From the IMG/VR virus record IMGVR_UViG_2029527006_000005: a DNA stretch of 64,000 nt. One strand, given 5' to 3'. Source of the DNA: a virus (lineage: Duplodnaviria > Heunggongvirae > Uroviricota > Caudoviricetes). Below the pieces are notes generated by a model. It ran no database searches. It had not been told where the DNA came from and saw only the letters and a program-made list of their open reading frames with translations. This document shows positions 57,405-64,000 of the stretch, in pieces. The stretch's first letter is position 1. Every line of letters begins with the position of its first letter. Position numbers and translations under genes: made by a program.

Positions 57405-58583
57405 ATGATACCATTTGCGAGAATAATGAAATATGGTAATAAATTACAGACGAGGAAGGTAATCAAAATATCTGCGGGTTTAACTGGATGGGTTATGCTC
57501 ATGGATAATGGTGATCTGTACTGTTATGGTAATGGGCCGATGGGTGATGGAAAGAATGAGTTCAGATCTGAATGGACATTCATTAATTCGAATGTAAGAA
57601 ACTTTTGGGTAGATCCTATAAATGTTTTTATAGTAGTACAGAAGGATGATAATACGGTTGAGTACTGTGGTGATCAGAGATATATTACTGGTCTTACGAA
57701 TCAGCCTATTATATTAAATTTTACTGTTGACAGTATGTTCGCGTCCAAGACTACTAGAGTGAAAGATATTAAGTTCAACACAACCCAATATAGTGTTGGA
57801 TTAATTACAAGTACTGGAGTATTTTATCTACGTGGTTCACAGCGTGCATTAAATGGTGGTACTTCTCCACTTTCATCGTGGACACAGTTTAACACTGGTA
57901 TAATTGCATTAGCGAGTAGTAGTACGAACTGGTGGACTATTAATTCGGTGGGTAACGTAATGGGTGGTGGGCAAAATATTTCACAAATATTCAATAACTC
58001 AGCCGAGAACACATTTGTTTCTTACCCAACGAGTATTGGTACTACTGCTAACGTAGATGATACAAATTTATTAAGTGGTCAGTATTGGGTATCTTTTAAT
58101 AGCTCCGCGAACAAGAATAGTTATTACGGAAGAGGTTTCAATTCCAATGGACAGTTTGGTAATGGTACTACAACTACATTAAGGGCAACAACTATTATTT
58201 CATCATCTTGGCCTAATTTGGGTTCTATGAAGAATACTGGTGCATCGAATTATGACACTATTACTTGCATTATGTATTATACTACGGGTGGTTTGATATA
58301 CTACAGTGGTTACAGTGCATATCGTGTTCCGGGTGTTGCTGCGGGGAAAAATACGATGACTGCATTTACTGTTCCTTTTGATGTTAACTTAATTGAGTAC
58401 TTATATCTTGATAGGCAGAGTACATATGCTTTCTTATCTGATGGTAGAATTTTCATGATTGGTCGTTATTTTAATAGTGCTGGTTTACAAGAGAACACGG
58501 ATTACACTGATGTTACTTCTATGTTTGGTGCATTTGAAAAAGCATATACAAGGGAAACGATGATTAATGGGAGGAATGTATGA
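57405..58583 (+). CDS. RCC1-like beta-propeller protein, MIPFAR family
   Basis: MIPFARIMKYGN; GDLYCYG, GFNSNGQFGNG. Confidence 0.75.
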   Translation: MIPFARIMKYGNKLQTRKVIKISAGLTGWVMLMDNGDLYCYGNGPMGDGKNEFRSEWTFINSNVRNFWVDPINVFIVVQKDDNTVEYCGDQRYITGLTNQPIILNFTVDSMFASKTTRVKDIKFNTTQYSVGLITSTGVFYLRGSQRALNGGTSPLSSWTQFNTGIIALASSSTNWWTINSVGNVMGGGQNISQIFNNSAENTFVSYPTSIGTTANVDDTNLLSGQYWVSFNSSANKNSYYGRGFNSNGQFGNGTTTTLRATTIISSSWPNLGSMKNTGASNYDTITCIMYYTTGGLIYYSGYSAYRVPGVAAGKNTMTAFTVPFDVNLIEYLYLDRQSTYAFLSDGRIFMIGRYFNSAGLQENTDYTDVTSMFGAFEKAYTRETMINGRNV

Positions 58584-59503
58584 TACCATTTGCTAGGATA
58601 CTTGAATATGGTAATAAAGCGAAAGTACTATTCAAGGGAATAATACAGCAATTAACACCGGGAGCGGGATATCAGCCTGTGGGTCGTAATAACACGTGTA
58701 GTGCCTTATGTACTACAAATAACAGGATATATTTCTTTGGTGGATTGAATGCTGGTGGGACATTTTTAAATGATTTGTTTTATTATGATATGTTATTGAA
58801 TAGGTACACACAATTATCTAGTACTGGATTGGGTGCATACAGGAGTGCGGCGATGAGTTATTGTGCTGCTGATGGATATGTATATTGTTTTGGTGGTGCG
58901 AATGCGGCTAACCAAGGGCAGACGCAATTCTTTAGGATAAATGTTAGTACTGGAGCGATGGCATTAGTTACTGGAGATACTAATAGGCCAGCGGGGAAAT
59001 TTTCTCAAACTGTGATATGTAAGAATAATGAGTTATTCTTTTTTGGTGGTGGAAGTACTGCGGATCGACAAGTAATTACTAAGTACAATGTTACTACTAA
59101 GGTATGGACGGTAGTACGTACAGGAGTGACTTCTCCTGATTTAATAGGTGGTCCGAATTGTGCTATAGTATATAATGATAAGATGTATGTAGCGGCTAAT
59201 GATGGTTTATATGAGTTTAATACGACGAGTTATATATTAACGAAGATGCCTAATCAGCCAGCGTCTTTTACGAGCGGTGGTTATAGTTTTGTTATACGAG
59301 GTGATTGGTACTTTATGAATAATTACGGTACTAATGCGTTATCGAAGTACAATTCTGCTGATGGAACATGGTCGGTTGTTGGTACAATTAATCACGGTAC
59401 TGAGCTTTTTAGTGGTTGGAATGGATATACGGATGAGAATGGTTTTGTATTGTTTGGCGGTGCAGCCAATGAGAGAAGTACAAGAATAAGAAAGATAAGT
59501 TAA
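58580..59503 (+). CDS. Kelch-like beta-propeller protein, MIPFAR family
   Basis: MIPFARILEYGN; repeated IYFFGG/VYCFGG/LFFFGG...Y(D/N)...W Kelch blades. Confidence 0.8.
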   Translation: MIPFARILEYGNKAKVLFKGIIQQLTPGAGYQPVGRNNTCSALCTTNNRIYFFGGLNAGGTFLNDLFYYDMLLNRYTQLSSTGLGAYRSAAMSYCAADGYVYCFGGANAANQGQTQFFRINVSTGAMALVTGDTNRPAGKFSQTVICKNNELFFFGGGSTADRQVITKYNVTTKVWTVVRTGVTSPDLIGGPNCAIVYNDKMYVAANDGLYEFNTTSYILTKMPNQPASFTSGGYSFVIRGDWYFMNNYGTNALSKYNSADGTWSVVGTINHGTELFSGWNGYTDENGFVLFGGAANERSTRIRKIS

Positions 59504-59513
59504 GGAGAGGATT

Positions 59514-60662
59514 ATGATACCTTTTGCGAGGATAGTTAAGTACGGAAATATTATAGAGCCGGTGCCTGTGATAAAAAAGATTTTGGCGTCTGCTAACTGG
59601 TGTATGATTTTATATGAAAATGGGGATTTATACGTTCGAGGTCAAAACTCTGGAAGTACATTTGGTGATGGTTCTGCACAAAATACGATATACACTGGTG
59701 ATTGGAGATTAAGCACAACCGGGATAAAAGATATATGGTCTGGTGCAGGTACAACTTTCTGTACTACAATGGATAATAGGGTATTGAGTTCAGGTGCGAT
59801 ACGTGGATTAACTGGAGGAACGGCGAGTAGTACTAATATTTTCACGGACAGGAGTAGTACATTTATATCAGCGGGATTACAACCAAGTGATATAGTAGAT
59901 ATGTCAGTTGGGGCGTATGATATATTTGTATTAACGGTTACTGGAGAGGTGTACAGTGGTGGTACTAATTTTTCTGGACAACATGGAGTTGGTAATACGA
60001 CTGCCAGAGCATTTGGATTGAACACAAGTTTTGTTAATGTGAAGAAAATAAGTTCAAGTACAGGGCAAGCTGGCACATGTTGGCATTTGGACACATCGGG
60101 AAATTTTTATGGTGCGGGTGATGGTTCAGTGGGTCAAATATTAGGTACAGCCAGTACTAGTGCACAGAAGTTGATTAGTACTGGTGTTATTGATTATACA
60201 GCTAGTACAAATTGTTTTTTCATTACCAAGAATGATGGTTTATATTGTGCTGGTTCACAATTCAATGGACAATTAGGTGATGGTGTAATGAGTTCTAATA
60301 TAGGAAACGTTGGTAGAACATCCTTATATAAGTTAACACAATTTACAAGTCCCCCATCTTATATCAGGAATGATTTATATATGACGGTGCTACGTTATAA
60401 TGATACTTGGTATGTAACGGGTAATATTACTAAAAGCGGAGCGGGTTCCAATTCTATGAGTTCAGTATTTGTAGTGAACAATACTGATATACCGGATACT
60501 AATACACCCAAATGGGTATGTGGTGGTAATAATTCTTATGTAGTATCTGGTGCGGGAGTATTGTATGGTACGGGTACATATTCAGCTAGTACTGATTTAT
60601 TGCCGGGATATACGACAGCCCAATATACATTTGTACCCCTGTCATTACGTGGTATAGAATAA
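59514..60662 (+). CDS. RCC1-like beta-propeller protein, MIPFAR family
   Basis: MIPFARIVKYGN; GDLYVRGQN, GEVYSGGTNFSGQHGVG, NGQLGDG. Confidence 0.78.
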   Translation: MIPFARIVKYGNIIEPVPVIKKILASANWCMILYENGDLYVRGQNSGSTFGDGSAQNTIYTGDWRLSTTGIKDIWSGAGTTFCTTMDNRVLSSGAIRGLTGGTASSTNIFTDRSSTFISAGLQPSDIVDMSVGAYDIFVLTVTGEVYSGGTNFSGQHGVGNTTARAFGLNTSFVNVKKISSSTGQAGTCWHLDTSGNFYGAGDGSVGQILGTASTSAQKLISTGVIDYTASTNCFFITKNDGLYCAGSQFNGQLGDGVMSSNIGNVGRTSLYKLTQFTSPPSYIRNDLYMTVLRYNDTWYVTGNITKSGAGSNSMSSVFVVNNTDIPDTNTPKWVCGGNNSYVVSGAGVLYGTGTYSASTDLLPGYTTAQYTFVPLSLRGIE

Positions 60663-60672
60663 GGAGAGAGAA

Positions 60673-61821
60673 ATGATACCATTTGTTAGAATATTGGGTT
60701 ATGGAAATACTGCACCCAAGCCGAAGGAGTTTCCAAAAGCGATCCAAAACATATTATCAGTGACGATGTATTTGGACACGACAACATCTAAATTGTATGC
60801 ATTAGGAACTAATGCTTCGGGTCAGCTTGGTACTGGTGATAGAAATGATACTACTGGTGGTACATTCATGGAAGTACTATCAGGAGTTGAGAGTTATTAT
60901 TTGGGTAATAGTGGGACCGTATGTATTATGTTGAATGGTACGATTATGTTTAGTGGGAGTAGTAATTACTATTCGAATCCTAATGGTAATTTGTATGCAT
61001 GGACGGACATTACGGCATCGTTTACTGCTATAGGTTTAGTTGCTTCGGACATTAAAGACGCGGTATTAAGTACTGGTATGTTCTTTTTATTGAATGATGG
61101 TTCGTATGCGTGTGTTGGTTCAGTTACTTATTCTCAATGGGGTATAGGTTCACCAGTAGTTGTGCGTAATTTAACTCGATATACTTCTAGTTTTGGGGCG
61201 ATAGATGAGGTATGTGGGACATATGAAAGTACTATAATACGTATAGGTGGTAAAGTTTACCGTTCTGGATATTCTGTTAGTTCTACTGGTACTACTGTAC
61301 AAAACCCGCAATGGACTGCTATACCGGGTTTAGATAATGTAGTGACGATGGGAACTGTTTATCAGGCAGAATATTATTTTCTATCCAGTGGTGCGATATA
61401 TACATGTGGTTTTAATCAGTTATCATCATTAAAGTTATCTCAAACGACTTCTGGATATTATGCTAATCCCGTGCAATCATTATCTACATTCAATCCGTTA
61501 ACGGAATTGCGATGTATATCTAGTGTTGCAAGTAGTGGTACACAGTCACCTATTATGTACAATGATGGTAAGTACTATATATGTGGTCAGAACTCTAATG
61601 GTAAATTGGGTGTTGGATTAACTAATAATCCGGTATCACCGTTGCATGAGATGGATATGTCTAACTTAGATGCTGCTGTTAAATACGTGGCATCGGATTC
61701 TGTTAACAGAACATGGGTAATGGATACTAATAAGAAATTGTATGCATGTGGTACGGTGAATATTACTGGATTTGGGAGTTACAATAAGCCGACGATAGTA
61801 ACTAATATGCCGTGGTATTAA
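60673..61821 (+). CDS. RCC1-like beta-propeller protein, MIPFAR family
   Basis: MIPFVRILGYGN; LYALGTNASGQLGTG, CGQNSNGKLGVG. Confidence 0.78.
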   Translation: MIPFVRILGYGNTAPKPKEFPKAIQNILSVTMYLDTTTSKLYALGTNASGQLGTGDRNDTTGGTFMEVLSGVESYYLGNSGTVCIMLNGTIMFSGSSNYYSNPNGNLYAWTDITASFTAIGLVASDIKDAVLSTGMFFLLNDGSYACVGSVTYSQWGIGSPVVVRNLTRYTSSFGAIDEVCGTYESTIIRIGGKVYRSGYSVSSTGTTVQNPQWTAIPGLDNVVTMGTVYQAEYYFLSSGAIYTCGFNQLSSLKLSQTTSGYYANPVQSLSTFNPLTELRCISSVASSGTQSPIMYNDGKYYICGQNSNGKLGVGLTNNPVSPLHEMDMSNLDAAVKYVASDSVNRTWVMDTNKKLYACGTVNITGFGSYNKPTIVTNMPWY

Positions 61822-61826
61822 ATATA

Positions 61827-61857
61827 GGCCAGTACAGTTGTAGTACTGGCCTTTTTT
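61827..61857 (+). terminator. intrinsic terminator
   Basis: GGCCAGTAC...GTACTGGCC-TTTTTT. Confidence 0.8.
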
Positions 61858-61860
61858 CGT

Positions 61861-61875
61861 TAAATATGGTATAAT
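61861..61875 (+). promoter_or_regulatory. composite TAAATA + extended -10 promoter
   Basis: TAAATATGGTATAAT. Confidence 0.65.
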
Positions 61876-61895
61876 GATAAATTATGGAGGGAACT

Positions 61896-63059
61896 ATGAT
61901 TCCATTTGCAAGGATATTGAGTTATGGTAATAAAGTTGCGGGGTTATCTAAAATAAAAGATTTACAGGCTAATGACACGCATTTAATGTTATTAACGACT
62001 GATGGTGATATGTGGGCGTATGGTTATAGTAATAGTGGTTCTATGGGAATTGGTACTACTGTACCTCAAGCGAATCAAGGTTGGTACAAGAGTAATATAA
62101 GTAATGTTAGATTATTCAGTTCTAACAGATTGACGAGTACAATAGCTGTTACTACCGACAATAAGGTATATGTATGTGGAAGTATTGTGGCTGCGAAATT
62201 CAGTACTCCAAACTTGCCAACATCGAATCTGTCATGGTTGGATGTAACGGATCATATACCACAAGAGATTTTAGATGCAGGGATTAAGCAGATATATAAC
62301 CAGACGAACTATGTTGCTATATTAACTAATAACAATGTAGTGTACAGTGTTGCATTTACGTTAGGTGATTCGAGTGTTGTGGTTGAACGTACATGGCGAC
62401 GTAATACTGCTACATCAATAGTACCTGATAAGATTGTAGGTTTTGAGCAGACAGCTAGTGGGTTTGTTTTTATAGTACAGGATAGTTCTGGGTATCTTTA
62501 TGGTTTAGGTTATAATGGTAACCGAATAATAAGTTCTGCGGCTACAAGTACATTTACTACATATACACAATTAGGGACATTGGCGTACCTTGATTATCAG
62601 ATTGCTAATGGTGGTACATTCAGTACTGGTATATTGAGTGATGGTCGTGCGGTACATTGTGGTTCATTAACTGGAGTTGCGAGTTTTAACAACACATTAA
62701 CTGCTGCGAGTAACGTTCCATTAAAAGTTGCTGCATTTGCAGGATGTGGTATAGGGGTAATACAATCTAACAGAATGCTTGGTGCTTATACGTCGAACCA
62801 GTTGCCGATTGCTAGTGCAGGTAATACTAATAGTGGAAGTGTTGTTATTATACGTAACATGCCGGGTAGTATGTCCAGTGCAGATATAAAGTTCATGTGT
62901 GGTAATGGTAGTACTAGTACAGGGAATAAGAACATGTATGTATTGTATCAGGATGTTAATGGTAAAAGTACAATATTTGGATTAGGATTTTGTGTAGGAC
63001 AAGGTGCTTCAGTGAACCAGCCATTTGTTAAGATAGATTTACCGGGAGGGTTAGAATGA
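61896..63059 (+). CDS. RCC1-like beta-propeller protein, MIPFAR family
   Basis: MIPFARILSYGN; GDMWAYGYSNSGSMGIG, GYLYGLGYN. Confidence 0.75.
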   Translation: MIPFARILSYGNKVAGLSKIKDLQANDTHLMLLTTDGDMWAYGYSNSGSMGIGTTVPQANQGWYKSNISNVRLFSSNRLTSTIAVTTDNKVYVCGSIVAAKFSTPNLPTSNLSWLDVTDHIPQEILDAGIKQIYNQTNYVAILTNNNVVYSVAFTLGDSSVVVERTWRRNTATSIVPDKIVGFEQTASGFVFIVQDSSGYLYGLGYNGNRIISSAATSTFTTYTQLGTLAYLDYQIANGGTFSTGILSDGRAVHCGSLTGVASFNNTLTAASNVPLKVAAFAGCGIGVIQSNRMLGAYTSNQLPIASAGNTNSGSVVIIRNMPGSMSSADIKFMCGNGSTSTGNKNMYVLYQDVNGKSTIFGLGFCVGQGASVNQPFVKIDLPGGLE

Positions 63060-64000
63060 TACCATTTGCTAGAGTGTTAGATTATGGGAATAGAGCACCA
63101 GTACCGGGGATTAATTACAGAATATATAGTACTATAAATTCTTTTTTATTTCACGATGTTGGTAAATCAAAATTATATGGGATGGCTGATGATGGTGGAA
63201 TGATCGGGTTTCCTAATACCACGGCCTATGGTACATTTACATTATGCTTATCCGATGTACAGACAGTATTGACTAAGAATCAAGCTGGTAGTTCATTTAG
63301 TGCTGTGCGTAAAAATGACGGCACTATATGGTTTTGTGGTACATCCGGGTCAGTACTAGGTGGTAGTGCTAGATACAGTCAATGGGAAAATCATACTGCA
63401 TTGTTTACAGCATCTGGATTAGATCCATTAAATGTAAAGGAGATTAATTCTTATAATAATTTGAAATTAAATGTAGTAATGAATAATGGTGATTTATGGT
63501 GTTGTGGAAAGAATAACGTCACGGCAAAATCATCGTTTGGAACTGGAACTAACAATGATAGTTTCGGTGCATTTGTTAAAGTACCGCTTAGTGGTGTTGT
63601 CACTGCACATGGAAACTGTTATATCAGTGGTAGTACGTTGTATCAGACCGGTACGAATTCTTTATATCAGTACGGGAATGGTACAACAAATGGTGGTCCG
63701 GGATTAACCCAAATAGCAACTGATGTAGTAGATGTGAGAACTGCTTGGCAGGGAACTTATTATCTTTCAAGTACAGGTGATGCTTATGGTGCAGGTACTC
63801 CTTTTAACGTATCATCTTATGGTAATGAGTTTGCTCAAGGTGCATCATCTTCGGCAATTCCTTTTTTTAAAGTTCTGAGTTCTAATGTAGATAGTATTGA
63901 ATCCTGTATGGGTAATATGAGTTTCCATGTACTTAATGATAGAATGTATAGTACTGGATTAAATCGCAGTTCAGTATTCGGTACTGGTGGTGGTAGTAAT
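63056..64000 (+). CDS. RCC1-like beta-propeller protein, MIPFAR family, truncated by window edge
   Basis: ATG at 63056 overlaps the upstream TGA; reads MIPFARVLDYGN; absent from the ORF track, consistent with no stop before the edge. Confidence 0.75.
   Translation, partial: MIPFARVLDYGNRAPVPGINYRIYSTINSFLFHDVGKSKLYGMADDGGMIGFPNTTAYGTFTLCLSDVQTVLTKNQAGSSFSAVRKNDGTIWFCGTSGSVLGGSARYSQWENHTALFTASGLDPLNVKEINSYNNLKLNVVMNNGDLWCCGKNNVTAKSSFGTGTNNDSFGAFVKVPLSGVVTAHGNCYISGSTLYQTGTNSLYQYGNGTTNGGPGLTQIATDVVDVRTAWQGTYYLSSTGDAYGAGTPFNVSSYGNEFAQGASSSAIPFFKVLSSNVDSIESCMGNMSFHVLNDRMYSTGLNRSSVFGTGGGSN

Noticed and set aside
57824-63707. ORFs 57824..58012, 59642..60094 and 63486..63707
   Set aside because: Nested antisense or out-of-frame within the propeller genes

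Overview
This is a 64 kb AT-rich segment of a large lytic dsDNA phage. From gene content and architecture I infer a RaK2/GAP32/121Q-like jumbo myovirus of Enterobacterales; no database search was run. It has three zones. (1) 1-35.5 kb: densely packed minus-strand genes, including PseT kinase/phosphatase, RNA ligase 1, an HD/SpoT-like hydrolase, a cytidyltransferase-like protein and a DNA adenine methylase. About 32 divergent paralogues share a short acidic-x-x-phi-F-Q-x-S-phi motif, and there is an ORF-free structured stretch at about 14.9-15.5 kb. (2) About 35.5-56 kb: a pre-early, terminal-repeat-like region of small single-gene units, each with a strong sigma70 promoter. It encodes a kinase-like, an ART-like, an HNH, a TraR/DksA-like and an H-NS-like protein. 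It also carries 12 promoter-linked copies of an (A/G)CCC(ACA/ATA)GGGTG element, at least 18 Chi sites mostly in one orientation, repeated promoter-stem-loop cassettes and a tandem array of Fur-box-like sequences. (3) 56.2-64 kb: plus-strand beta-propeller (RCC1/Kelch-like) paralogues that all begin MIPF(A/V)R(I/V)xxYGN. The palindrome AGTACT is strongly over-represented throughout. No tRNA, rRNA or CRISPR array was recognised.
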